Source: Octopus bimaculoides (taxonomy: Eukaryota). Taken from it: 63,889 bases of DNA. Below the pieces are notes generated by a model, which made no database searches, was not told the origin of the DNA, and saw nothing but the letters and a program-made list of their open reading frames with translations. Location of the stretch: positions 57,723,240-57,787,128 of the forward strand of contig NC_068981.1 in the NCBI RefSeq assembly GCF_001194135.2, written 5' to 3'. The stretch's first letter is position 1. Each line of letters starts with the position of its first letter. The position numbers were made by a program, and so were the translations under genes. Of the stretch, positions 10,700 to 25,422 are shown one piece after another.

Positions 10700-12100
10700 C
10701 ATAATTATTTTCTATTTCAAATACATCTGCATTGACCAAAGCCTTCAACATCTACAAATTTCAGCCAGCAGGTGAATTTTAAATGACCTGCAGTAATTAA
10801 TCTTTTGTGCTACTTATTCATAGGTGTCAGACAGTCTGATATCCACAAAACGCTGGTCTCTTCTACACTATCCATCTTAAATTCCATTCCTATTTCTACC
10901 TTTGCACTTAATAAAACTTTAAACTACACTTATTAGAAACAAATATACTGTATAAAAAATTTTCTGATTGCTCCTAACAGTAAATTTGCTTTATGTAAGA
11001 CTTCTGCAAAGTAACCCAAAACACTCAATATAACCCTTGTTCACCGGTTTCAGGAACTAGAATACCAATACCATGAAGTGGTTTTCTGTAAATACCAATT
11101 ATTCAGTGCAGTTTCAAAAGAACTCTCTAATCCATTTCAAAATTCATTTCCATTAACTTCTCATGATCTTCCTTTATTTCCACATTAAACTGAAATGGCT
11201 TTTTCCCCAATATTGAAAGCAACACCTACATCTCTTTTAATCAACTTCAGAGCCCTTCAAAGACATGTTATTTGCCAATAAGACAAACCTGTATTCCGGC
11301 ACACACATTAAATGCAATACTTGTAGCAGGACCTACAAACAAATAGCCATTTCTTCCAGCAGTGTAAACTTTTATCATCTTCTAATGGAAATCAAATAAG
11401 CCAAAAATTAGTTTAAAATTTTAAAATACAAATGTTATTTTGTTCAAGAATAAAGAACTGCACCTCTGTTAGACATCTCTTAATTTCATATATCTTCATT
11501 ACATATTCTATGGTTCTCAATGAAAGTCTTGTAAATGTTCTTGAAAACTTCACATATGTCAAAACTACAGCAAAGAAAATTCACTTTCTCTTTAGGGAAA
11601 AATATTTTAGCTTTGAGCAACTGTCAATTCTTAAGATAAAATATTTCTTCCTAATTAAATGTGGTGCTTGGGCTTGCTGTGCAACATCCCTACATTACAG
11701 AAAACCTTCCACTGTTTGTTACTGACTGGAATCATCTTTTTGTTTCTTGTAGCCCACCTATAAGAGTTGTGAGTTTTCATAATCTAGTGTTCACTTAAAC
11801 TCACCAATGACACTCATTTCTGTCTCCTCAGACCCATGTTCTACATCTTTCTCCACAACTATCATTATAAGTAAGTCTTCAATCTAAATATTGTAACTGT
11901 ATAAAACACTCTTCATGTATTTTCAAAATATGCAATCTTTTAAGTTTTCAAATTCTAAAATCAATCTTTTTCTTCAACCCTCTAACTCATTAAAATCTCA
12001 GGTTATCAGAAATATAATGTGAAACAGTTTGAACAGGATTAAAAGAAATGTAAGTAAGGAATTGGTTGATTCTCCAAAGTTAGTCTCATTTAAAACACAC
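10700..12100 (-). mobile_element. Possible very old L1/Tx1-like endonuclease remnant
   Basis: Only faint by-eye motifs (SVIGEFK, YLFVGP, KPFQFN) among many stops. Confidence 0.2.
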
Positions 12101-13149
12101 ATATACACAAACTGAAAGTCATTCTTAGTGGTTAATCAAATTGGGATGAAGTTCTCTACATTGAATTAAGTGAGCTATGTATAATGTGCTTGACCAAAGA
12201 GGTGCAAAGAAAATGCCTATCAACAGTTTGTACTTGAGACTTTTAAGTCAACTGTCCATCCTACAGTAAGTAATCTGACTACTTTCTATAGAAAATATTG
12301 GTGAGTCTAATACGAACTCTCTGATTGGAACTTGTAAATTATATACCTTTTCTAAGTTAAAATTCTTAAGAGACACCTTATACATATAAATGTCTATGTA
12401 GCTTCATTTACTTTTTTGTACAATAATTGTCATATAAGCATCGTCTCATTGCTATTTCAGAATAACACAGAAATGTGCAATCACTCTCTAAAACATTTGT
12501 AATAGGTACTTTAACAAGTCAATCATTGAATCTGTCCTTCTTTTCAAACATATTCTTATTAACTTTTTTAATGTAATAAACAAATATATATAGGTGCAGG
12601 TATTGATGTGTTGTTAAGAAGCTTCATTTGCAACCATGTAGTTTCAGGTTCAGTCCCACTGCACAGCAACTTGAGCAGGTTTCTTCAACAATAGCTTCAA
12701 GCCAACCAATGCCTTGTGAGTAAATTTAGTAGATGTTAACAGTGTGGAAGAAAGTTGTGTGTGTATGTGTGTTTGTCCCCCATCGACAAATTGACAACCA
12801 GTGTTGGTTTATTTATGTCCCCATAACTATTGGTCTCAAAAGACAAATAGAATATGTACCAGACTTTAAGCCCATTAAAAGCAGCATAAAAAATCATCAT
12901 CATTATTTAACGTCAGTTTTCTATGATGACATGGGTTTGATGGTTTGACAAGAACAGGTAAGGCCAGGAATCACAACAGGTTGCATTGTTTGGCATGGTT
13001 TCTGAAGCTGGATGCACTTCCTAACACCAACCACTTTACAGAGTGTATTGGATGTTTTTTTATGTAACACCAGTACCAGTACTTTTAATGTGGCACCAAC
13101 ACAAGTACTTTTTATGTGAGACTAGCACCAGTATCAATTCTGCAATGGT

Positions 13150-16100
13150 GAACAGGTTTTCTTGAATACAAGGCACCAGATATCTTCGTCCTCTGTTATT
13201 TCCTTTGAGATCAGCCTTCAATACTTTGTCGTATGTCTTCCTGGCTTTCCCTCCACTTTGAGTAATTGGCACTTCTGTATGCAACTGTCTACATCTATAT
13301 ACATCATACAACCAAACCAGCACAGTCTTCTCTCTTGCACAATGCATATAATTTCTCTTATGCCCAACTTTTCTTTCAATACACTAGTGCTGTTGCTCAT
13401 GTACATTGTATTGGGTCATCCCATAAATAATGTGTTTTTTTTACAACTGCATGAACTAAAAGTCAGTTGTTATAAAAGCAGGTAGTAATTTTACCTTGTA
13501 CTTATTCTTAGTGCAAGTTTTGAAGAGTGCAGTTCGATTTTAACAATTATTTTTTCAAAGCTATAATGGAAGTGACAAAGGAGCATATTTGGCATATTTT
13601 GCTTTATGAGTTCAATAAAGGCAACAATGCAACAGAAAGTGCAAGAAATATTAATGCAGTATATGGGGATTGGACAATAAGCGTAAGCCAGTGTTAATGG
13701 TGGTTCCAGAAATTCCGAGCTGGAAACTACAGCCTAGAAGACAAGCCTCATCCTGGAAGATCTGTAGAGCTCAATGAGAAAGTCCTACAAACTCTGGTGG
13801 AACAAAATCTCATTGTAACTGTTGAGTAATTAGTAGAGAAGCTTAGATTCGGTAATTCAACAACTCATCAACACCTGCGTGCCATTGGAAAAGTCAGCAA
13901 ATTGGGTCAATGAGTTCCTCACAAACTTTCTGAGTCTAATCACGTGCAGAGAGTGAATGTGTGCTCTTCTTTGCAGTCATGTCTCAAAATGAACCTTTTT
14001 TTAGACCGAGTAGTGACTGGTGACGAGAAATGGGCTCTCTATAAAAATGTCAACCGCTGAAGAGTGAGTAGGGAAAGGAGAAACACCGGCAACCCAGGCT
14101 AAAGAAGGTCTTCACTCACATAAGGCGTTGCTATCTCTTTGATGGGATAGGAAAGGTTTAGTCCACTTTGAACTTTTAAACACAAACTAAATGATAATAA
14201 AAGAGATCTACTGCAAGCAGCTTGAGTGGCTTAAGTCAGCATTAGAAGAAAAACAACCATCTTTGATTTCAAGACAAAAGGTGTTCTTCTGTCAGGATAA
14301 TGCTCAGCCACATACAGTGAGGATGACATTTCAAAGGCTGGAGCAGTTTGAAAGGGAAATGATGCCCCACCCACCATATTCACCGGACATTGTCCCTTCT
14401 GATTATCATTTATTCCACAGTCTTCAAAACCATTTGGATGGAAAAAATATGAATTCTGTAGACAAGGTCAGAACAGTACTGGAGGAGTATTTTTCGTCAC
14501 AGACAAGTGAGTTTTGGAAGAGGGCCTTGCAAGTCTACCAGATAGATGGAAGAGCATTATAGAAAATGAAGGAGAGTATATTTTAGATTATAAAAGAACC
14601 CTGTTTATCTTAATTTTGAAAAATAAAAGAAGTATAAAAAAAACTGCATTATTTATGGGATAACCCAATACATCCAGCAGAGTATAGTAGCTTCATTCCT
14701 CTCTGGCTTTTGCATGTCTTGCATTCAAGGCCCTTGTCTCACTACCATGTAGCATTACTGTTCATATACATGCATCATACAATCTTCCTCTCACTCAGAA
14801 AGAGAGAAACTTTTGGTTACCAACAAAGTAAAAGCTCTCGAAATTTTCTCCATCCTATTCTAGCAATTACACTTTCTGTGTGCCCCACCCCACAGATAAT
14901 TAGGTCCCCTAGATAACAGAAATTATCCACTCTCTCTAGAGTCTCCAGGGCATTTGAGAAAATCTATTTCCTGAGGATCTGTAGTTTTTGTGGCTCCTGT
15001 GCATCTTCCACATACAAACACTACCTTCTCTGATAACCTTCCCATAATTTCACTGCACTTCTTGTGTGCCCATAGCTTGCACTAGGTAAACTGTACAGAA
15101 TTTTTGCCTACATTTTTCCTACATATTGAGCAGGGCTATTTACCTGATGGGGTTAGGGGCCTGTCTGTTTTCTTGCTTACTAGAACTTTAGTCTTTGCTA
15201 AGTTGACTTTAAGGCCCTTTGATTCCAGGTTTAGCTTCTACATCTGAAATTTCTTTTCTAATTCTGTTACAGAATCTGCTATAAGAGCAAGATCAACAGC
15301 ATACAACAATTCCCAGGGGCAGCCAATTTTAAATTCCTTTGTATAGCCTGGAGGAAGATGATGAATGCCTACCTGTACACTAAATTCATCACTATACTCA
15401 TGGGTAACTCTCACTCTAATGAGAGAACCTCTGTACATGGCTTGTACGGTTTTCACAAGCCACTCATCAACCCCTAACTTTCTCAGAGCCTACCATATCA
15501 GAAAACAGAGTACTCTGTAAAAGGCTTTCTCTAAGGCAACAAATGCCAAATATACTGGCTTTTTCTTAACAAACATACTTCTTCTGAAGTTGTCTGACTA
15601 TAAAGATAGTGTGAGTAGTGCTTGCTCCTGGCACGAACCCAAACTGCATTTCATCTAATCTGATTCTGCTCCTAATTAATTGAGCTATAACACTTTCCAT
15701 AACTTTCATGACCTGGTCCAGCAACTTGATGCCTCTGTAATTACTTCTATCTACGGCATCACCTTTACCTTTGTAGCAGCTGACTATAATGCTTCTACAC
15801 CAGTCATTGGGGATAACACATTCCTGAATAATCTGATTAACTATACGGGTGACTAGACTATATCCTACTCAGTCAGATATTTCAAGCATCTCAGCAGTGA
15901 CTCCCAACAGACCAGGGGCTTTTGTTGTCATCATATCCTTAATTGCTTTATCTATCATACTGCTGTCAGCACAAATAGCCAGTCCCTCTACTGGTTTCAC
16001 ATAGGGGAGATTCCCTTTCCCCCATTTGTTCTTCACATTCAACATCCTTTCATAGTATCACATCCACACTTCTTTCTTTTTTGAGTCACTGAATACAAGC
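13150..16100 (-). mobile_element. Degenerate LINE (RT region to 3' end), interrupted by the mariner
   Basis: AMYRG...FSVQVGIHH...GCPWELLYAVDLALIADS and ERRLCWFG...EGKPGRHTTK. LINE sequence resumes on both sides of the mariner TA. Confidence 0.8.
13411..14668 (+). mobile_element. Full-length but decayed mariner (DD34D) DNA transposon
   Basis: TIRs TTGGGTCATCCCATAAATAATG / CATTATTTATGGGATAACCCAA. TA target duplication at 13409-13410 and 14669-14670. Transposase from ATG 13566 (MEVTKEHI...) with TGDEKW, QDNAQPH, YSPDIVPSDYHLF; several stops and frameshifts. Confidence 0.95.
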
Positions 16101-16151
16101 ATACCACTGAACACAAGAATACAAAAATAAAATTTTAATTTAAACTCTCAC

Positions 16152-16222
16152 CTGAATTTATTCCTGAGGTCTTCTATATATTTAAAGTTGGGTGTCAACT
16201 GTCCATTTGATGTAATTACAGA
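16152..16222 (-). CDS. AASS: AASS coding exon 10 (SVITSNGQLTPNFKYIEDLRNKF + 2 nt), end of LKR domain
   Basis: 71 nt, phase 0/2, TTACAG acceptor, GTGAG donor. Motif VITSNG...YI. Confidence 0.93.
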
Positions 16223-16449
16223 CTGTAAATATACAAAAATATAACCAAATATTAAAAAAATATTTTTGTTGTTAAGAAGGTATACAGTTAATTCTACACT
16301 GCTTCATTTTAACTAGGTATATTTTGGGATAGTATATCAAATTCTGTAACAGAGGGAACCTAATTGACTGAGAAAGTGGAAAACATTTGATAATAGTGTA
16401 TATGTTATGTAGTTGGTGGGTAACTGTTGTAATTGATAACAAATGAAAT

Positions 16450-18000
16450 TCCCTCTCTGTAGTTAAAGTAACTTAAATTTTGCATTTATCAGAAATGTGA
16501 TCTATTAGTAGTGGGATGTAAGCAGCAAAGAACTGAATATAGCTCATTGCATGTATTCATTGTGAAGATCCAAGTTAGCCTTGGTCAAGAAATACTATGG
16601 CAAGAAGGAAGTCAGCTGAATAATGAGGAATGACCCACATATTCTCTTACAAGTAATATCAGTAATGCATCATATAGGGTGCAATGTAACAGAAAAGTGA
16701 AAGATGAATAAAGAGTAAATGGGTTTATGATTAGGGAGTAAATTTCAGTGGTTGAGGATTACAAGGATGGTGACTTTTCAAGTAAATCTATATAATGCAA
16801 AATTAATAAGGATACATGTTATATGCTGGTTGGAAGATTCCTGATGTATATTGAACCGTACGAGATAGTAGGAGAAAGCCACAGAAGGCTAAGAATGAAG
16901 AAGTTAGAAAGTCAAGTATTTGTAGCCAGGCGACACTTCAGTCACTCATTATAATTCCACTTACAATAAATAAAAACAAGTTAATTGCCTTTTAACTGAC
17001 ACATAAAGAATGGTGTAAAGGGCAACGTGATGTATGGCTTTAGTTTCAGTTTCCAAATTAGAAGGATGTTTCAAAAATACATTTATAGCTAAATTCATAA
17101 AAGAAACCTTTTAAAACCCTTCTGATAAATGTTCTTAAAAAAAGTAATTGTTAAATAAATTAGAATTTATATCTTTCCGCCTTTCTCTTATTCAAAATCT
17201 AAAGACCAGAAACTTTCTTTTACAGGCTCAGTCTGGAAGTGGTGTCCATAACCCTTGCAGGCTCCTTGAGCTGGTCAGGCATTAATGTTCAGTTTAAATT
17301 TGTTACTGGTCAACACAGCAGGAAAGAGATTCTAAAAGACTGTTGTTCTGGAGAGAAAGTAATGGGCATAGTGTTAAGTATGGGGCCAAGAGGAAATGGG
17401 AGTAGTGGACAGAACAAAGGTGACAAGAGGTGGAGAGATGAGTAGGTTAAAGAAACCTTAGCAAACTCTAAGGAGCAGAGGCCATTACAGTAGCAATAAA
17501 AAAGACAGAGAAAGGAAACAGCATGCCCGAGAGGAAGTGTTGTACAGTATGTAATTGTGTGTTGAGTAGTTGCGATGTGGTAGTGGTCAGATGACCAAAC
17601 AGGTGCAGATACAGTTTGTTACCGGTTAGGTTTTGAGGTGAGAAAGAAATCAAAGGCATTTGAGATGTTTGTGTGTTGGTCTGGAGTGCCAATGGAAGAT
17701 GAAACAAGTTAACATAAGAGTTAAGAGTAGTAAAGGATTCAGTTTCTGCACTGGTAGCATTGGTGTGGGATGAAGTTGAGAGCTATGAGGAGTTGCAAGT
17801 GATGAGGTCACCAAGGATGATGATCAGAGTTGTTAGTTGAGGAATTTGGAGAGTGATAGAGGGAGTAGATGTATTTGGAGAAATGAGAATAAACTTTGAG
17901 CCAGAGTAACTGGATGTCTTTCTTGGAGAGGTAGACTTTCTGTGCCCTACAAAAGTAGAAGAACAAGAGAAAAGTTTTAGGGAGAAAAGAAAAAGGAAAA
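16450..18000 (-). mobile_element. Decayed Jockey/CR1-like LINE remnant
   Basis: Weak APE-like (LISFSPQN...LFGHLTTT) and RT-like segments; many stops. Confidence 0.4.
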
Positions 18001-18085
18001 AGAAGTAAATGAAGTTTTAGTAATAGACTTGAAAAAAAAAAAAGACAAAAGAACACCTTATTCTACAAAACTAAAATTAACTTAC

Positions 18086-18145
18086 ATTTTTCACTGCTGG
18101 TGACACATTATAGTCTTCGAATGACTTCTTAGCATTTGATTCAAT
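18086..18145 (-). CDS. AASS: AASS coding exon 9 (IESNAKKSFEDYNVSPAVKN)
   Basis: 60 nt, phase 0/0, poly-T + CAACAG acceptor, GTAAG donor. Fits the 20-codon segment expected at this point. Confidence 0.88.
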
Positions 18146-19974
18146 CTGTTGAAAAAAAAAAAAATAATTACAAAAGGACATAAAAAGAAAACAAAAAGTA
18201 CAGCCTTAAATATATATTTTCAAGAATAGATATTGAAAATTACTTTATACTGTATCAATATAAATGCTGTGATGATAAAATATTTGTATTATACAAACTT
18301 TAAATGTGTAAAGATTAACTGCTATTGCTGTGAATGGCTTATAAAAATCCATTTACTTTTTCACACTATGCATGAAGAAAATAATAACATATCCATCCTA
18401 ACAGTTTAGTTAAAGTATGTGATCAAGAAATAACATGAAATCTGCTTTATTGAAGTAACTGCATAAAGTCTACTTCCAAGCAATTTCAAATTTTATTTCA
18501 TTTTGTTAAACTAAGCAGCTTGCAATTTAAAAAAAAAAAATTTCAAAACTGTTCAATGCTGAATTAAAATTAAAAAGGTAATTATTTGTTTCACAGGGTA
18601 ATACAATGTAAATTAATAACCTTTCGCAATTTGTGTAAAATAGCTAGAAAAACATCTATTGTCTAGTGTCAACAACGAAATACTTTTTTGATGTATTCAT
18701 TTCCACAAGCATCTCACAAATATATAGCCACTGGCATAATTGTGTGGTTAAGATGCTCAATTAGAAACCACATGGTTTCAGGTTCAGTTCCACTGCATGG
18801 CATCATGGGCAAGCGTCTTCTACTATAGCCCCAGACTGACCAATGCCTTGTGAACGAATTTGGTAGATGAAAACTGTGTGGAAGCCCACTGTGTGAGTGT
18901 GAGTGTGTATGTGTGTGTATCGCCCACCACACTGCTTGACAACTGGTATTGGTTTGTTTACATCTTTTTAACTTAGCAGCTCAGCAAGAGACTGATAAAA
19001 TAAGTACCAGACTTTAAAAATATATACTGAGGTTGATTTGTTTGACACCCTCCAAGGTAGTGCCCCAGCATGGTTGCAGTCCAATAACTGAAACAAGTAA
19101 AAGATAAAACGTGATGTATACATGTACACAGTAGATGCCAGATCACTGGTTAAAAAGCTCAGCAACTTGTAATTATTTTGATAAAAATATACACAAAAAT
19201 TAAAATACCCAATATTTTATTTGCTTATTTAGAATTGAATTTCCATTATCATCATTTTTACACACTAGTATGGGTTGGAGGAGTTATCTAAGTCCAAGTC
19301 ACTTCCTTTTTTTTTTTTTTGAGCTATTCCCATACAGGTTGGAGATCACATCAAGCTTGTATGTTCCACTTTGGCATGGTTTCCATGGCTGAATGCTTTC
19401 TTCTTATCAGCCAACCTCATTACAGAGTGCACTGAGAACATTTCAATGTGATACAAGCACTAAAAGCCCTCTCTTGTCTACAGCAATACTAAAGAGTTAT
19501 CTTGGTACTGCACTATCTTTGTTCTTTCAGAGGCACCAGGGAGCTTGCTTAATCACCAGTAAGGTTGCAGAATCCCTTTCTCTCTGCATTGTACTGGTTT
19601 GCTGGTTCCTTTCTTTCTCCTAGAACTCTGGTAAGAAAAGAATCAGTGTGGTAGAAGCAAGGGGGTGGCAGAAGACAGTAATTAGGGAGAGACACAAGTA
19701 TTTTGGTGAGGGAGGGAAAAGAGATGCAAGACAGCAAGATAGATGAAGACCAGAGAGGAGTTCAGTAGAGAGTAGCAAAGATGGTTGATGGCATATGAAC
19801 ACATTAGGCGAAAGACACTCAAATGTAGATATTTTACATCCCAACCTCTATCATCATTTTTGAATATTTGTTTTCTATGCTTGTGTAGGTTGGGAGAGTC
19901 TTCATCATTGCAGCATTTTGCCACTCATAATCCTTTGTCATCTCCTTCATCAGGCTTATGCTTTTGAAATCAAT

Positions 19975-22275
19975 CTCCACCAGTTAATCATATCTTCTTT
20001 AGTACCCCCTCTTCCACAAGTTTTGTCCACTCAGAGTACCTGGCACTTTTTTTTTTTCATATAAGTGACATCCTTCATGCACATTACATACCTATATCAT
20101 GTACTAATGTCTCTTTTGTATAATAATTTGGCTCTTCTTATATCAACTCATTTGTGCTCCATTGAATATGCACATTAGCATTATTAGAAATAGTGACATA
20201 CACTGGTTTCATCTCTTCCTAGCTTTTACAAATCCTCCATTCATAGTTCATGTCTTATCATGCAATATCACATTTCATACCCAAGCGTTATACAATCTAC
20301 TCTTTATGCTGAGAGAGAAACTTTTTGTTACCAGTAGAAGTAATAGCAACGTACTCTGAATTTACCCTTCCTGTACTAACACCATCCACCCTTATTGCTA
20401 ATAATATCACTTAGGTAACAAAAGATACCAACCATTTCTAGGGAACCTTCTGAGCTTTTAAAAGAATTTATTTCACATGTACTCTTACTGCAAACTACTA
20501 TTGTGCATCTGGTACATACAAAGTCTACCTGTGATCTCACTTCTTGCGAACTTGTACTTTACACTGGGTACACCATACAAAATTCTTACTTTTTTTCTAA
20601 GCACTGAGCATGGCCACTTCTCCAATGGCAGTAACAGCTTTTTTTTTCTTTACTCTTGTTAGTTAAAACAGTCATTGCGAGTTTTATTTTGAGGCATCTT
20701 AAGTCTCAGCTTATTTGTCTATCCCTGCAGTAGACTTTCTTCAGGTTGACAAAAGCTAGACTTCTGTAGTTGTTTTGCAAGAATGAGAGCATCTATCATA
20801 TCCCATTTAGGCATAAACATGAGGTGCATCTTATCTAGAATAATGCTCTTCCTATCAGTTATAATTCTTTCAATAACTTCCATAACCTTGTTCATCAATT
20901 TGATGCCTTCTCCTTACCCCTTGTAGCAACTGATGATGATACTGCTATAGTAATCATTAGGAAGACATTTCTCTATACTGATTAATTCTGGGTGAGATTA
21001 GCATGACCTACTTCATCAGATACATTCAGCTTCTCAGTATAGTCCAGTTGCCTTCATCATTGTTCTTAATCATGCTTTTCATAGTACTATGTTCAACTTT
21101 AATGGTTGGTATTTCTGTTGGGTCAAATTGGAGGCAGGTCCTTTCGTTCCCATGAATTCTCCTTACCAAGCAATCTCTGCTTTGTAGCATTTCCACGCCT
21201 CTTTCATTTTGGCATCAATGAAGGCAAATGCACTGCTACCATTCTGTATACACAACTGCTTTTCAATCTAGAACTGTTCACATTTCTGATTCTTACACCA
21301 CAGACTATGTGGCAACTTCTTACTTTCAGCTTCTTTCTTCACAAAGTATACCTAATTTCTAGCTTCTCTCTTAGCAATTCGATATTGTTCTTTACTCCCT
21401 TCTTTCTTCCAAACCTTTTAGGCTTAAATCTTAACTTTTATTTCATTCTCTTAGATAATATTCTACTGGCAAGTTACTTTTTGTCTTGGAACTGTAAACC
21501 ATCCATAGACCTGGTCTGTGACTTTCAGTAGGTTGCCTCATAGAAACCCTCAGTTATTTCTACCAGCTTTTTCTGGTCATATGATTTGACTGCTATTTCA
21601 CTGAACCCACATCTGGCTGAAGAATCTTTCAGCTTTCATATTTTTCACCAAGCTGTATTGTGTCTCTGATTCTAACTCTTATCTTCACCAGTCACTAGTC
21701 TATGTTAAGTGGTAAATTCACCACAAAAGAAGTTCTTAATGCTCACAACTTGTTGCCTGTTCGATTTCTTAGTGAAAATATGTAGTCTATTTGACTTGAG
21801 CATCCATCTGACTGGTGATCAGATGGCTTACTGGTTTCTGAAATTAGTGTAGGTCATTTACAGCACAGAACTCCAGGAACCTTGGTCTTCCCTATTTCCT
21901 TGTACCATATTCATAAACTCCTATGCTGGAGAAGCCAATAACATGTCCATTAAAGTCATCTGCTGTGGAAACCAGTTCTAATTGTATTATATATGCAGAG
22001 ATAATGTTGCTGTTGTGTTGTCCATCATAACTTCATTATTCTACAAGGTGTCAGACAACTTCAGTTACTTGATCTCACCATTTCTTAGCCAACAATATGA
22101 CTATTCCATTTGTTCTATTACTGGTGCCCTCCCAAAAGAATTTATGTTTCTTGCTTGCAACAAATCTAGCTGAGACTTGTGTACATAGCACGCATCTACT
22201 CGTTGCCATTCCAATATCTCTACAATCTCTCTATACCCATCTTTCTTGATGCTAATATTAATGCTAGCAGGTATA
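19975..22275 (-). mobile_element. Highly decayed LINE ORF2 (APE-RT), same general family as 13150-16100
   Basis: APE N-terminal-like sequence near 22200-22270; RT-region similarity to the other local copies; many stops. Confidence 0.65.
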
Positions 22276-23429
22276 AAGTTTCAAACCTTACAGGAAGAGG
22301 GGTGTTTCCAGTGGTGGGTGGGTTTGCTTATTTTCTGCTCTGAAAGGAAGAGTATTTGTGCAATTGTTTGATGATGGTCAAGGGGCTCTTACACATAGCC
22401 AGAGATTTCCACCTAATCAATAATTATTACCAATCACTAAGGTCCTACTGGAGACTGGAATATATGTAAAATGTCCAGACAAGGATACTGACAGATCTCA
22501 TCTAAGTCCATAGATAATGATCACTGTTGATAAACATGTTTTCCATGCTGGCATGGGTTGGATGGTTTGACAAGAGCTAGCAAGCTAGAGGACTGTGTCA
22601 AGCTCAATTGTCTGCTTTAGCATGGTTCCTACAGCTGGATGCACTTCCTAATGCCAACCTCTTTACAGAGCATACTGAGTGCTCTTTTTCATGGCACCAA
22701 CACTGGCAGGGTCACCAAGTAACTTGCAAAACAAAAACCTCTTGACTGAGAGGAGAAATAGCATTGAGTGAGGTGACTTTGTGTCAGTGGATGAAAGATT
22801 AAAAATAATAATAAAAGGCTAGAGACAGGTGTCTTACTGTAGAAGAGATACAAGGATACCCCAGTTGAAAAAGAAAAGAGAGACAGTCTTAGAAACAAAG
22901 ACTGAGAGGGAGAGAATAAGAGAGATGATGGTGTTGATGTATCAAGACATACCCTAAAGGTACAGTGGGTGGGGGTGAATATGTGAAATGATACAGAGGA
23001 GTGGACTGGATGAGTGGGCAAGGGGGACAGAGGATGAAAGTTCATAAGAATGAGAGGAGAGATGGTTAGAGATGGGACAGAGATGAAGCAAAAAATGGTG
23101 AGAGATACAAATGGCGCAGTGGGGGTTATGTGAGGGCAACAGGCATGATAGCAGACAAAAGAAGTGTTAAGATGGAGTATAGCAGAGGGGAGAGATCAAT
23201 GGCTGAAGGCACTGAAAGAAGGTGATTGGTGGAAACAATGGGACAAGGAAGATAATGAGAAATGGAAGTGGTTCAGTTGGAAGAGGAAGGGAACCAAAGG
23301 GAGGAGATGTAGTACATGTTTACTCTGCCCTCAGGTGATTATTGTAGCCAAAAAATACCAGAGAGAAATGATGACTATTAGGAGATGAGTGACAGAGAAA
23401 TTAAGGTGAGACAGAGCCCTGCACATACA

Positions 23430-23915
23430 AGCATTTACCAAGGTGATTTTAGGATAGCAATTCTATTGTGGTGGAAGGGTGTTCTTGAGTACACCAAAGC
23501 ACCAGACATTTCAGTCCTTTGCCATTTCTTCCATAAGGCTCAGCATTTTCAGATCGACCTGCAAAACTTCATCCCATGTCTTACTTTTTTTCTAGTTCTT
23601 TTATAGATTCTATTATGAGAGCAAGATCATCAGCATAAAGTAGTTCCCATGAGCAGTTAGTCTTAAATTCCTCTGCTATGGCCTGGAGGATGATGATGAA
23701 TAGGAGAACCAAATCCTGGTGAACATCTACCTGTACACTAACTTTGTCATGGTTAACTGTTACCTTATTCAGAGTACTCCTATACATGGCTTGTACAGCT
23801 TTCACAAACCATTTGTCTATCCCTAGCTTCCTCAGAGACTACTATATCCCAGAATGAGGTACTATGCCAAAGGCTTTCCCCAGGTCAACAAATGCCAAGT
23901 ACAACAGTTTATTCT
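23430..23915 (-). mobile_element. LINE RT fragment
   Basis: AMYRS...VQVDVHQ...WELLYADDLALIIES. Confidence 0.85.
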
Positions 23916-25422
23916 TAGCTAATACTTCTGAAGTTGCCTGAATATGAAGAAAGTATGTGTGTATTCTTTAAGATATTGTGTGTGTATGTGTGTATATACA
24001 CACACGCACATGGCACCCAGCTATAGAAACCATGCCAAAATAGACAACAGAACTTGGCATAACCCTCTGGCTTGCCAACTCTTGTTAAACCGTCCAACCT
24101 ATGCCAGCATGGCAAACTGACATTAAATGATGACGATGATGATATTTATAGGGAAGGCAGTCAATCAATAGACTGTCTTCAGAGCACAACTTGTCAAAAG
24201 AATTTAATAATGATAGATTTCATGGAAATTGATGTGAAGTAGAAAGAGGTGTGGGCACACTGGTAAGAATGAAATACACTTGTTTTTTTCCTTTAAAAAT
24301 AAATAAATCTTAATCTCTAACACTCTAAAGCCATTTCTAAGACATTTCAACCTTACACATGATAATAGCAGCAATGAAGCAACTGATAAATATATGGATA
24401 AGAGTTTCTTATCTTATTCACACGTCATAGTAGTAGTCATTGTACACAAATGCAAGATGGCTATATTTATTTATCTTACTGGCTTGAGTTTAAAGAATTA
24501 CTATAAACCTTGAGTTTCAGTTAATTGCAGTCAATATAGTAACTAACATTCAAGGTATACAAAGATAAAAAAAAAAGCAAAGGAATCCTCTGAAAGCATT
24601 TGTAAACAACTGGTTCTGGCAAAAAATGTCTACCGTGCCAAATTCTTTCATTTAAGCATTGCTATTTTTTGACTCAGTAGCCACTGAAATTATCAGTTTG
24701 TTCTATAAAAACGTTTTTACATTTCTTATGCATTTTTGAAAGTGATAAATATATCCTCATCTGAATTCCATAATTTAACCTAAAAAGTCACTCTGAAAAA
24801 TGTTAGTACACAAAAAAGAGAATGCCACAGAAAAACTATCAGTAATAAATTTCATGCTTTCCCAGCTATTTCTTTTTTTAACTTTCAAACTGACAAAATG
24901 AGAACATTTTCATAAATACTAACCAGTGAAGGAGAATGTTGAAAAAGATTTTTTTATAAGAAATCAAAATTCTAACTTGAATTAAAAACACAATGTAAAA
25001 ATCTGAAATTTGAATTCAAATCAATAAAGTCTTTCATTTTTCAAATATTTCCTTGAGTTTCAATTTAAGTTCAAATTTTAGTTCAATTTATGAGAAAAAA
25101 TAAAACATGCCTTATATCAAATTCAATGAGAAAGATGAAAAATGCGTCTGATATAAGAAATGGAAAATGAATGCAGTAGAATTCATCTCATTCTAACATG
25201 CGGACCAGTGGGAAAATGCAAGAAATGAAAAATAGGTAAACTGGGTCAACTAAAAATTGAACTGGTATTGCAGGTAGATTTTAAAAACGACCACTATCAC
25301 TATAGTTTTCACACCATTACTACAGTACAATATTGTAAATTTGATCTTAAATGCAACTAAGTCAAGTTGTAAGGACAATGATGGGAAACAAAGAAGAAAC
25401 TTTGTACAAAACATTTACAAAC

